A DNA stretch of 64,000 nt from NCBI GenBank assembly GCA_963836075.1, contig CAWIIB010000001.1, positions 1,792,001 to 1,856,000 of the forward strand, given 5' to 3'. The translations under genes and the position numbers were made by a program. The notes beneath the pieces are model-generated. The model worked only from the letters and a program-made list of their open reading frames with translations. It was not told the DNA's origin and did not search any database. Numbering within the stretch: position 1 is the stretch's first letter; each line of letters opens with the position of its first letter. Origin of the DNA: an uncultured Acidobacteriota bacterium. Lineage in GTDB: Bacteria; Acidobacteriota; JAQAZP01. Below, piece by piece: positions 53,467 through 62,720 of this stretch.

Positions 53467-53994
53467 TCAGAACCCCACGCCCACGCCCACACGAAAGACC
53501 CACGGCGAGTCGTAGGGCCGGTAGGGATCGCCGCTGTCGTGCAACAAGTCATAGAGGATCGTGGCATTGAACGCCGCATGTGGTCCCATGGGCATGGAAT
53601 AGCCGCCGCCGCCCAGCAGGGCGTTGGCCGAGGTGCGAACCGTGTCATAGTCCAGGTCGATATACTCGTAGCTCAGATAGTCGTACTCCCCCTGGACGAA
53701 CAGCTGGGGGATCAGAAAGTAGCGCGCGAACAGCCCGCCGCCGTAGTCGCTGGTGGACAGCTCCGGAGAAAACCGGCTGTCATTGCGGTAGCGGTAAGTC
53801 AGCCGTATGCCCGTGGCCAGTTTCTCCATGGGGTAGATCCCGAAGGTGGGTGAAATTTCCACATAGTCGACAGTGCCGAAGCCGGCGCCGACCCAGCCGC
53901 CCCAGAACATGTTGTTCTTCCCCCCCTGCCCGGCGCCGGCCATCGAGCTGGCGGTGAGCAGGACAACAGCGACCAGCAGTATACGGCTTTTCAT
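53467..53994 (-). CDS. Small outer-membrane beta-barrel protein
   Basis: Signal peptide; alternating aromatic beta-strands; C-terminal RVGVGVGF; RBS GGAGG. Confidence 0.75.
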   Translation of the reverse strand: MKSRILLVAVVLLTASSMAGAGQGGKNNMFWGGWVGAGFGTVDYVEISPTFGIYPMEKLATGIRLTYRYRNDSRFSPELSTSDYGGGLFARYFLIPQLFVQGEYDYLSYEYIDLDYDTVRTSANALLGGGGYSMPMGPHAAFNATILYDLLHDSGDPYRPYDSPWVFRVGVGVGF

Positions 53995-54040
53995 GATCCG
54001 AACCTCCGTAATTGATGAACGGGTTCCGGGCAGGAGAAAA

Positions 54041-54116
54041 GGGGGACGTACATGAATTTATGACTTTTTCTGGATGTGCGATCTAAGAAAAAGTCATAAA
54101 TTCATGTACGTCCCCC
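54041..54116. repeat. 31-bp perfect inverted repeat (REP/REPIN-like hairpin), copy 1
   Basis: GGGGGACGTACATGAATTTATGACTTTTTCT, a 14-nt loop, then the exact reverse complement. Confidence 0.9.
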
Positions 54117-54124
54117 ATGCTAAC

Positions 54125-57100
54125 CTAGAACCTCCCGGCGGCCACAGTGGCGCCCTCGGTCAGCCCGGCAAAACTCTCCATCGCGGCCCAGGAGGTGACC
54201 TGACTGCCGTCGTAGCTGAAGACCGACACCGTGGTGCCGGCCGCCGGGTCCGGGCCCAGGCCGGCCACGATCTCGTCCCGGCCGTCGCCGTCCAGGTCGG
54301 CCCGGGCGCTGACCTTTGCCCCGAAGCGGTTCTCCGGCCAAGAGAAGGCGAAGAAGCTGAGGCCGGGCAGCGGGCTGATCCCGCTGCCGTCATGGTTCCA
54401 GCCGCGGACGTGGGCGCCGAAGACCGATCCCGGCCCGGGGCCGGTGACGATCTCGTCGATGCCGTCGCCGTCCACGTCGCCGCAGGTGACATTGACGCCG
54501 AACTGGTTCGTGCTGTAAGCGAAGAAGCTCACCGCGGAGATGGCCGTTGCGACGCCGCCGTCCACGTTCCAGCCCCGCACGTGGGGGCCGTAGACCGTGC
54601 CCGGACCGGCGCCGGTGACGATCTCGTCGTAGCCGTCGCCGTCGATGTCGCCGCTGCAGACGTTGACCCCCCACTTGGGGGTGCCGTAGGCGAAGTAGTT
54701 CACCCCGGACAGCGATGTCACCCCGGATCCGCCGTCATAGTCCCAGCCCCGCACGTGGGGCCCGAACACCGCGCCGGGGCCGGCGCCGGTGATGATCTCG
54801 TCGAAGCCGTCGCCGTCGATGTCGCCGGCAGCGGCGTTCACCCCGTACTTGTTGGTGCCGTAGGCCAGGAAACTGAGGCCGGGCAGCGGCGTGCCGTCGA
54901 GAGCGAAGCCGCGCACGTGGGGCCCGTAGATCGCCCCCGGACCGGCGCCGGTGAGGATCTCGTCCAGGTCGTCACCGTCCAGGTCGCCGGCAGCCACGTT
55001 GACTCCGTAGCCGTCGGCGCCGTACGCCGCGAACTCGTAGAGGTGCACCGCACCGTTCTCCGGCGGGAAGACCCGCACGTCGGGCGGGTTGGCCGCGGCC
55101 GGGCCGGGGCCGGTGATCACCCGCGGCGCGCTCAGGTCGCCGCCCGGCTCATAGAGCGGGCGCTCGTAGACGCCGTTGCCGTGGGTCGCCGCGCGGAGCA
55201 GCCGGCCCGGGGCGAAGACCTTGAGGTCGTTGATCATCGCCGGCCCCATCCCTTCCTGAAAGCGGTACCAGGTCTGACCGCTGTCCGGGGAGACGTAGAC
55301 CCCCAGGTCGCCGCCGACATAGACCACCTGCGGGTAGAGCGGGTCGACGATCACCGCCGAGGTGGGGATGTCGGGCAGGCCCTGGCCGATGTCGCTCCAC
55401 GTGTCACCGCCGTCGACGCTGCGGAAGACATGGCTGGTGCCGTAGCCCATGATGGTGGCGTAGACCACACTGCTGTCGGTGGGGTCCACGGCAAGATCGG
55501 AAATGTAGCGGTCGGGCAGACTGCCGGTGATCTCCTCCCAGTTGTTCCCGTTTATCGTGCGATAGAGACGAGGCCGGTCGTCATAGGCCGCGGTGGCGGC
55601 GAAGACCACGTTTTCATTGGAGGCGGACATATCCATGCAGATCGCCGGGTTGTCGCGGTTCAGCGGCTCCCCGCCATGGGTGGCCTCCCAGTCCCAACCG
55701 CCATTGGTGCTTTTGTAGACATGACACCGCCCGCCGTACAGCACGTCGGGATTGGAGGGGCTGAGCACGTAAGGGGCGATGAAGGCGTACGTTTCACCGC
55801 CGGTCACCGGCGGGTAGATCAGATTCCAGTAAGCACCGTCGTTTGAGGTGCGGTAGAGGTAGAGATACTGCCCCGAGTAATAAAAGATGTCGTCATCCTG
55901 CTGGTTCACAGCGGCCCAGGCTCCGTCCATGCCCTGCCACCGCTCCCAAGGCAGCTGGCCGCGGTAGCAGGCCGAGCCGTTGTCCTGCATCCCGCCGACG
56001 ATCTTGTCCCGGTCGGTGGCCGACATGGCCAGGCCGTTGTAAAACTGGGAGGTGACCAGGCCGCCGTTCAGGCTCTCGAAGGTGTCTCCTCCGTCGGTGG
56101 TCTTGAAGATCCCGCCGTCACCGGCGAAGAAGACGGTGTCCGGGTCGGTGGGATGCCAGAGGGCGGCATGCTGGTCGCTGTGGACATAGTGCGGGCCGCC
56201 AATGGGCCCCTCCGGCGGCGGCGTGCCGCTGAAAAACGAGGACCCGTCGCTGATTTCCGTCAGCGTTGCCCCCCCGTCGGTGGAGCGGTGGACCGCGATG
56301 CCGCCGGTGAAGAGGGTGTTCGCCTCGTGGGGGCTGGGCAACACGTAGTGCGAGTAGAAACCCTGCCACAACTGGTAGTCGGTGGCATTGACCTGCTGCC
56401 AGGTTTGACCGTTGTCGGTGGAGCGGAACAGCCCGAGGCCGTCCTCCGAGTTGGCGATGCTGGCATAGACCCGGTTGGGGGCCACGGGTGACAGGCCCAG
56501 TTTCGTCTTGCCGGTCCAGGAGACGGGAAGTCCGCTGGTCAGTTCGGCCCAGCTGCCGCCGCCGTCGGTGGAGCGGTAGATCCCCTGGCCCTCGGAGCCG
56601 AAGTTGCCGTGGGCGCTGAATACGGTGTCGGGATTGGTGGGGTGGATCCGCACGTCGGTGCCCATGATCACGTCGTGCACGAGGGTCCAGTCGCCGCCGG
56701 CATTGGTCGACTTGTAGATCCCCTCGGTGGTGGCGGCATAGACGATGTTCGAGTCGTCGGGGTGGATGGCGATCATCCAGACCCCGCGGTTCTGGTCGTA
56801 CGTCCAGTCGAGGCTCGAAGACCAGTTGGCCCCGCCGTCACTACTCTTGAGAATGCCGATGCCGTAGCTGCCGCGGGTCAGGCGGTTCAGCTCGCCGCCG
56901 TCGGAAGTCTGGTAGCGGTAGGCCTCACCGGTGCCGATATAGATCACGTCGCTGTCGGCGGGATCGAGGGCCACGGTGGCCACCGCCAGGACGGGGTAAC
57001 CCGTCTCCACCCGGTTCCAGGCATCGGCCCCCACCCCGCCCGTGGTGGACTTCCACAGCCCGCCGCTGGCGCTGCCGGCGTAGATGATCTGGGGATTGTC

Positions 57101-57424
57101 GGGGTCCACCGCCAGACACAGGGTGCGGCCGCCGATGTTGTTCGGACCGAGGCTGGTCCAGGCATCGTCGCCTCGGCCATCAGTTCCAGCGACCCGGGGC
57201 ATCCGCTTCGAATGCTGCCAGGCTCTGACATATCCATCCGCCGGAATGATCTTCCCGGGATAGGCTCGCTGGGCGGCCCAGGCATCGAGGGCCTGCATGG
57301 CTCCGCTGGGCCCATGTCCACCACTTTTTCCCCCGCTGCCAGCCGGTGGTAGAAGGAAGGCCAGGGCCACGGCAGTCAGAACCGCCGTCACCGCCCACAG
57401 GTGTCCGTCACTCATGCGTCTCAT
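54125..57424 (-). CDS. Secreted BNR/Asp-box beta-propeller protein (GH74/sortilin-like fold) with C-terminal FG-GAP-like module, paralog A
   Basis: ATG 57424 after GGGAGGGG; WTSLGPNNIGGR, GSASGGLWKS, many SxDGGxxW boxes, VHSDQH, GGMQDNG, AATHGNG; ends VAAGRF. Confidence 0.87.
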   Translation of the reverse strand: MRRMSDGHLWAVTAVLTAVALAFLLPPAGSGGKSGGHGPSGAMQALDAWAAQRAYPGKIIPADGYVRAWQHSKRMPRVAGTDGRGDDAWTSLGPNNIGGRTLCLAVDPDNPQIIYAGSASGGLWKSTTGGVGADAWNRVETGYPVLAVATVALDPADSDVIYIGTGEAYRYQTSDGGELNRLTRGSYGIGILKSSDGGANWSSSLDWTYDQNRGVWMIAIHPDDSNIVYAATTEGIYKSTNAGGDWTLVHDVIMGTDVRIHPTNPDTVFSAHGNFGSEGQGIYRSTDGGGSWAELTSGLPVSWTGKTKLGLSPVAPNRVYASIANSEDGLGLFRSTDNGQTWQQVNATDYQLWQGFYSHYVLPSPHEANTLFTGGIAVHRSTDGGATLTEISDGSSFFSGTPPPEGPIGGPHYVHSDQHAALWHPTDPDTVFFAGDGGIFKTTDGGDTFESLNGGLVTSQFYNGLAMSATDRDKIVGGMQDNGSACYRGQLPWERWQGMDGAWAAVNQQDDDIFYYSGQYLYLYRTSNDGAYWNLIYPPVTGGETYAFIAPYVLSPSNPDVLYGGRCHVYKSTNGGWDWEATHGGEPLNRDNPAICMDMSASNENVVFAATAAYDDRPRLYRTINGNNWEEITGSLPDRYISDLAVDPTDSSVVYATIMGYGTSHVFRSVDGGDTWSDIGQGLPDIPTSAVIVDPLYPQVVYVGGDLGVYVSPDSGQTWYRFQEGMGPAMINDLKVFAPGRLLRAATHGNGVYERPLYEPGGDLSAPRVITGPGPAAANPPDVRVFPPENGAVHLYEFAAYGADGYGVNVAAGDLDGDDLDEILTGAGPGAIYGPHVRGFALDGTPLPGLSFLAYGTNKYGVNAAAGDIDGDGFDEIITGAGPGAVFGPHVRGWDYDGGSGVTSLSGVNYFAYGTPKWGVNVCSGDIDGDGYDEIVTGAGPGTVYGPHVRGWNVDGGVATAISAVSFFAYSTNQFGVNVTCGDVDGDGIDEIVTGPGPGSVFGAHVRGWNHDGSGISPLPGLSFFAFSWPENRFGAKVSARADLDGDGRDEIVAGLGPDPAAGTTVSVFSYDGSQVTSWAAMESFAGLTEGATVAAGRF

Positions 57425-57511
57425 GGTCGCCCCTCCCCTGTTTTCAATAATGGCGGATCTATACCACGTATTGTAGCCGTACGAACCGGGGAATGTTTCC
57501 GGAAATTGTTT

Positions 57512-57585
57512 GGGGACGTACATGAATTTATGACTTTTTCTGAATGTGCGATCTAAGAAAAAGTCATAAATTCATGTACGTCCCC
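57512..57585. repeat. 30-bp perfect inverted repeat, copy 2
   Basis: Same element 3470 bp downstream of copy 1; loop differs by one base (GAATGTGCGATCTA vs GGATGTGCGATCTA). Confidence 0.9.
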
Positions 57586-57594
57586 CATGCTAAC

Positions 57595-60500
57595 CTAGAA
57601 CCTCCCGGCGGCCACGGTGGCGCCCTCGGTCAGCCCGGCAAAGCTCTCCAGGGTGGCCCAGGAGGTGACCTGGCTGCCGTCGTAGTTGAAGACCGACACA
57701 GTGGTGCCGGCCGCCGGGTCCGGGCCCAGGCCGGCCACGATCTCGTCCCGGCCGTCGCCGTCCAGGTCGACCCGGGCGCTGACGTTGGCGCCAAAGCGGT
57801 TCTCCGGCCAGGAGAAGGCAAAGAAGCTGAGGCCGGGCAGCGGGCTGATCCCGCTGCCGTCATGGTTCCAGCCGCGGACGTGGGCGCCGAAAACCGATCC
57901 CGGCCCGGGGCCGGTGACGATCTCGTCGATGCCGTCGCCGTCCACGTCGCCGCAGGTGACATTGACGCCGAACTGGTTCGTGCTGTAAGCGAAGAAGCTC
58001 ACCGCGGAGATGGCCGTTGCGACGCCGCCGTCCACGTTCCAGCCCCGCACGTGGGGGCCGTAGACCGTGCCCGGACCGGCGCCGGTGACGATCTCGTCGT
58101 AGCCGTCGCCGTCGATGTCGCCGCTGCAGACGTTGACCCCCCACTTGGGGGTGCCGTAGGCGAAGTAGTTCACCCCGGACAGCGATGTCACCCCGGATCC
58201 GCCGTCGTAGTCCCAGCCCCGCACGTGGGGCCCGAACACCGCACCGGGACCGGCGCCGGTGATGATCTCGTTGAAGCCGTCGCCGTCGATGTCGCCGGCG
58301 GCGACGTTCACCCCGTACTTGTTGGTGCCGTAGGCCAGGAAGTTGAGCCCGGGCAGCGGCGTCCCGTCTACGGCAAAACCGCGCACGTGGGGCCCGTAGA
58401 TCGCCCCCGGGCCGGCGCCGGTGATGATCTCGTCCAGGTCGTCACCGTCCAGGTCGCCGGCGGCCACGTTCACCCCGTAGCCGTCGGCGCCGTACGCCGC
58501 GAACTCGTAGAGATGCACCGCACCGTTCTCCGGCGGGAAGACCCGCACGTCGGGCGGGTTGGCCGCGGCCGGGCCGGGGCCGGTGATGACCCGCGGCGAA
58601 CTGAGATCACCGCCCGGCTCGTAAAGCGGCCGTTCGAACACGCCGTTGCCGTGGGTCGCCGCACGCAGCAGCCGGCCCGGGGCGAAGACCTTGAGGTCGT
58701 TGATCATTGCCGGCCCCATGCCCTCCTGGAAACTGTACCAGGCCTGACCGCTGTCCGGGGAGACGTAGACCCCCAGGTCGCCGCCGACATAGACCACCTG
58801 CGGGTGGAGCGGGTCGACGATCACCGCCGAGGTGGGGATGTCGGGCAGGCCCTGGCCGATGTCACTCCAGCTGTCGCCGCCGTTCGAACTGCGGAAGACA
58901 TGGCTGGTGCCGTAGCCCATGATGGTGGCGTAGACCACGCTGCTGTCGGTGGGGTCCACGGCGAGGTCCGTGATGTAGCGGTCGGGCAGACTGCCGGTGA
59001 CCTCCTGGAAGGTGTCGCCGTTGGTGGTGCGGTAGACCCGCGCCCGGTCGGTGTTCGCCGCTGTGGCCACGTAGACCACGTTCTCGTCGGTGTCGGAGAT
59101 GGCCATGCACATCGCCGGGTTGACGCCGTTCAGTGTGCTGCCGCCGTGGATGGAGCTCCAGCCACTGCCGCCGTTGGTGCTCTTGTAGACCCGGGAGCGG
59201 CCGGCGTAGAGCAGGTCGGGACTGGAGGGGCTGAGCACGTAGGGGGCGATGAAGGCGGTGTTCTCTCCACCGCTCGAGGGCGGTTCAATCCAGTCCCAGT
59301 AACCGGAATCGTTGGTGGTGCGAAGCATTTGGAGATACTGCGCCGAACCGTAAAGGATGTTGTCGTTCTGCGGATTCACCGCGGCCCAGGAACCGTCGCC
59401 GCCGATCACCCGCTCCCAGGCCGGGCCGCCGCGGTAGATGGCGGTGGCGGTGTCCTGCATGCCGCCGATCAGCTTGTCCCGGCTGGTGGCCGACAGGCCC
59501 ACGCCGTTGTAGAACTGGGTGGTGATGTAGCCGCCGATCAGGCTTTCGAAAGTGGTGCCCCCATCGGTGCTCTTGAACACGCCGCCATCGGAGGCGAAAA
59601 AGATGGTGTTCGGGTCGGTGGGGTGCCAGGTGGCGTTATGCTGATCGGCGTGGGCGTAATCGGAACCACCGATGGGTCCTTCCGGGGGCGGTGTCCCGAA
59701 ATACATGCTGGTCCAATCCGACCGCCGGGAGAAAGAGCTCCCGCCGTTGGTGGAGCGGTGGATCTCGATGCCGGCCACGAAGACCAGGTTCACGTCAAAG
59801 GGGCTGGGCAGCACATAATGCGAGTAAAAGCCCTGGTATTGCTGGTAGTCATAGGAATAGGCCTGCGACCAGGTATCGCCGGTGTCGGTGGAACGCCAGA
59901 GCCCGCGGCCCGACTCGGTATTGCCGATGCTGGCATAGATCCGGTTGGGCTGCGGCAAGGTGATCGCCAGCTGGGTCTTGCCGCTCCAGGAAGCGGGCAG
60001 CCCGCTGGTCAGCCTGGTCCAGGACGTGCCACCGTTGGTGGTGCGGTAGATCCCGTGACCCTCGGAACCGAAGTTGCCGTGGGCGCTGAACACGGTGTCG
60101 GGATTGGTGGGGTGGATCCGCACATCGGTGCCCATGATCACGTCGTGCACCAGGGTCCAGTCGCCGCCGGCATTGGTCGACTTGTAGATCCCCTCGGTGG
60201 TGGCGGCATAGACAATGTTCGAATCGGTGGGGTGGACAGCGATCATCCAGATTCCGCGGTTCTGGTCGTAGCTCCAGTCGAGGCTGTGGGACCAGCTGGC
60301 CCCGCCATCACTGCTCTTGAGGATTCCGATACCGTAGCTGCCGCGGGTCAGACGGTTCAGCTCGCCGCCGTCGGAGCCCTGGTAGCGGTAGACCTCGCCG
60401 GTGCCGATGTAGATCACGCTGCTGTCGGCGGGATCGAGGGTCACACTGCTCACCGCCAGGATGGGGAAACCGGTCTCCACCCGGTCCCAGGCGTCGGCAC

Positions 60501-60895
60501 CCACCCCGCCCATGGTGGTCTTCCACAGGCCGCCGCTGGCGCTGCCGGCATAAATGATCTGCGGATCGGTGGGATCAACCGCCAGGCTGAGGGTGCGGCC
60601 GCCGATGTTGAACGGCCCGAGGACGCTCCAGGGGTCGGCGCCGCGGCCGTCGGTGGCCTGTACCCGGGGATATGCGCCGTGACTGCTGCCAGGCCCGGGC
60701 AAACCCGCCGGCAGGGATCACCTTGCCGGGATAGGCCCGCTGGGCCGCCCAGAGGTCCAGCGCCTGCAGGGCGCCGCTGTATTTTTCCAGCGGCTGCTCC
60801 TTCTCCCCACCGGCCGGAGGCAGCAGGAACACCAGGGCCACAAAGGTCAGAATTGCCGTGGCCGTCCACAAACGCCCGTCACTCACGCGTATCAT
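57595..60895 (-). CDS. BNR/Asp-box propeller protein with FG-GAP-like module, paralog B; frameshift near 60670
   Basis: MIRVSDGRLW...AWQQSRRI (60895 frame) joins PRVQATDGRG (57595 frame) if one base is removed; collinear with paralog A. Confidence 0.85.
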
Positions 60896-61136
60896 CGTTA
60901 TCCTCCCGTTATGTCACAAAGACAAGGCCATACCCATTGTAACCGTACGAACCGGGTCTTTCCCCGAAAATTGATGGCTTTTTCGGTGTCATCGGCAGGG
61001 AGTAGCGGGATACGTCCGTTCCGGGATTCCCTGGGAAAGAGCCAACAACTGCCGGTTCGGTCACGTATAAAGTGACAGACCCACTGGAAATCCCGTCTCA
61101 GCCGGGGCAGAGAACCCCGGCCATGGGGTGCGCACC

Positions 61137-62177
61137 ATGATCGCATACAGGACCCTGGCCGTCCACATCATCCTGGCTCTCCTGCTCTGGACATGCCCGG
61201 CCACAGCGGAAAAGAGACCGGCCTCACGATGGTCGCTGGACGGCGTAAAGCTCTACGGAATCCACGACTTCAACAGCCTCCACTTCCATGGAGAAAAGCT
61301 GCTGGCCTTTCTCGATGACCTGCGGGGCTTCGGCAACTGCACCCTGATCGTCCTCGAGCGTTCGGACCGCGCCTGTGTCGGCGGGTGGTGGGGACAGGTC
61401 AGGGACGGGGGCCACGTGCCGCAGTTCGGCACCTATCTCCGCTTCCCGGCGGAAGATGGCGGATTCAATCCCCAGGCACTGGCCAAGCTGGAATGGTACT
61501 GGTCCGAGGCCCGGGTCCGAGGGCTGCGGGTGATCACCACCCTGTTCAACCCCTGGGACGTGAAGCAGTACGGGGCCTGGCCGGCGATGCACGGCAAGGG
61601 CGCGTGCGGCAGGGAAAAAGAACTGTTCCGCATCCCGGGCCGGCCTGAAACACTGGAGCGGCAAAAGGCCTTTGCCCGGCTGGTGGCCGCGGCCGCGAAA
61701 AAGCACCCCAACGTGATCCTCAGCGACAACTGGGAGGAGGGGTCACCCCGGGCGGGAGTGAACCTCGCCTGGAAGAAGGAGATCTACGCCACCGTGCGGG
61801 GCGCGGGATACAGCGGCCCCTATCTCGTCTACGTGGGTGACCGGCACGGCTTTGATGACCGGGAGAAAACCCTGGGCTGGGTGCGGGAAGAGCCGGGGAT
61901 CCACGGTATCCAGGTGCACTACGAGTATCCGTCCCCCGGCTCGCTAGGCCTGCGCCCGGACCAGCGGGTCGTCCACACCGAAGACCACCAGTTGCTCCTG
62001 GGACCCACAGACGAACAGCCGGAGAACCGCTGGATCCACCAGATCTTCGCCCACGCCCGCGAGCGGGGCGTGGAGTGCTGCTACTGTGTCTGCGACTGGC
62101 GCGACTTCATGCGCACCGACAGGGGCCCCGACCCTTTGGCCGGGATGCGTGAGCAAGCCCGCCGGCGGCTGGAGTGA
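61137..62177 (+). CDS. Secreted hypothetical protein, possible clan GH-A TIM-barrel glycoside hydrolase
   Basis: Signal peptide; ARVRGLRVITTLF, KHPNVILSDNWEE (possible acid/base), IQVHY, VVHTED (possible nucleophile). Confidence 0.55.
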   Translation: MIAYRTLAVHIILALLLWTCPATAEKRPASRWSLDGVKLYGIHDFNSLHFHGEKLLAFLDDLRGFGNCTLIVLERSDRACVGGWWGQVRDGGHVPQFGTYLRFPAEDGGFNPQALAKLEWYWSEARVRGLRVITTLFNPWDVKQYGAWPAMHGKGACGREKELFRIPGRPETLERQKAFARLVAAAAKKHPNVILSDNWEEGSPRAGVNLAWKKEIYATVRGAGYSGPYLVYVGDRHGFDDREKTLGWVREEPGIHGIQVHYEYPSPGSLGLRPDQRVVHTEDHQLLLGPTDEQPENRWIHQIFAHARERGVECCYCVCDWRDFMRTDRGPDPLAGMREQARRRLE

Positions 62178-62252
62178 ATGTGCGAAATACACTACTATCA
62201 GGTGGTTCCGGGTCAGGCCCATCGCCTGCCGGCACTGCCGCGTGGATGAAGC

Positions 62253-62720
62253 ATGAAGCACAGGACGACGCCAACCATCTACACCGTGGGCCACTCCTCA
62301 CTGGAGGAGGGTGCCCTGATCCGTCTGCTCTCGGTGCACGGGCTGCGGGCGGTGGCCGACGTGCGCAGCGTTCCCGCCTCGGGCAGGCACCCGCAGTTCA
62401 ACCGCCGGCACCTGGAACCGCTGCTCACCGCCGCCGGCATCCGCTACCTCTGGCTGGGACGTGAACTGGGCGGTCTGCGGGAGGGAACGACCTACGAAGA
62501 ATACATGGCCACCGAACAGTTTTCCGTCGGCCTTGAAGTCCTGGAATGCATGGGCCGGGTCCGCCGCACCGCCATCCTCTGCGCCGAAAGGCACTACACC
62601 CACTGCCACCGCCGCCACATCGCCGATACCCTGGTGCGCAAGGGATGGCGGGTGGTTCACGTGTCCGGCGAGGACCGGACGGAAGACCACGTGCTGCAGG
62701 AGGGGCTGTTCGGCGGCTAG
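62253..62720 (+). CDS. DUF488 family protein
   Basis: IYTVGHS, VADVRSVPAS, PQFN, ELGGLR, ILCAE...CHRRHIAD. Confidence 0.88.
   Translation: MKHRTTPTIYTVGHSSLEEGALIRLLSVHGLRAVADVRSVPASGRHPQFNRRHLEPLLTAAGIRYLWLGRELGGLREGTTYEEYMATEQFSVGLEVLECMGRVRRTAILCAERHYTHCHRRHIADTLVRKGWRVVHVSGEDRTEDHVLQEGLFGG

Noticed and set aside
30700-58590. CRISPR array suggested by recurring words such as GCCGGTGACGATCTCGTC and CACGTGGGGCCC
   Set aside because: These are degenerate coding repeats of the FG-GAP-like module; there is no constant repeat-spacer period and no cas gene.
54041-60895. Diversity-generating retroelement (near-identical 3' repeats followed by a hairpin)
   Set aside because: There is no reverse transcriptase or Avd gene in the window, both repeats are coding, and the differences are not confined to adenines.
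40161-60942. Long opposite-strand ORFs (e.g. 40161-42887+, 47316-50432-, 57544-60942+; also 4876-7428+, 30988-33486+)
   Set aside because: They are antisense shadows of real genes caused by high-GC codon bias and have no motifs of their own.
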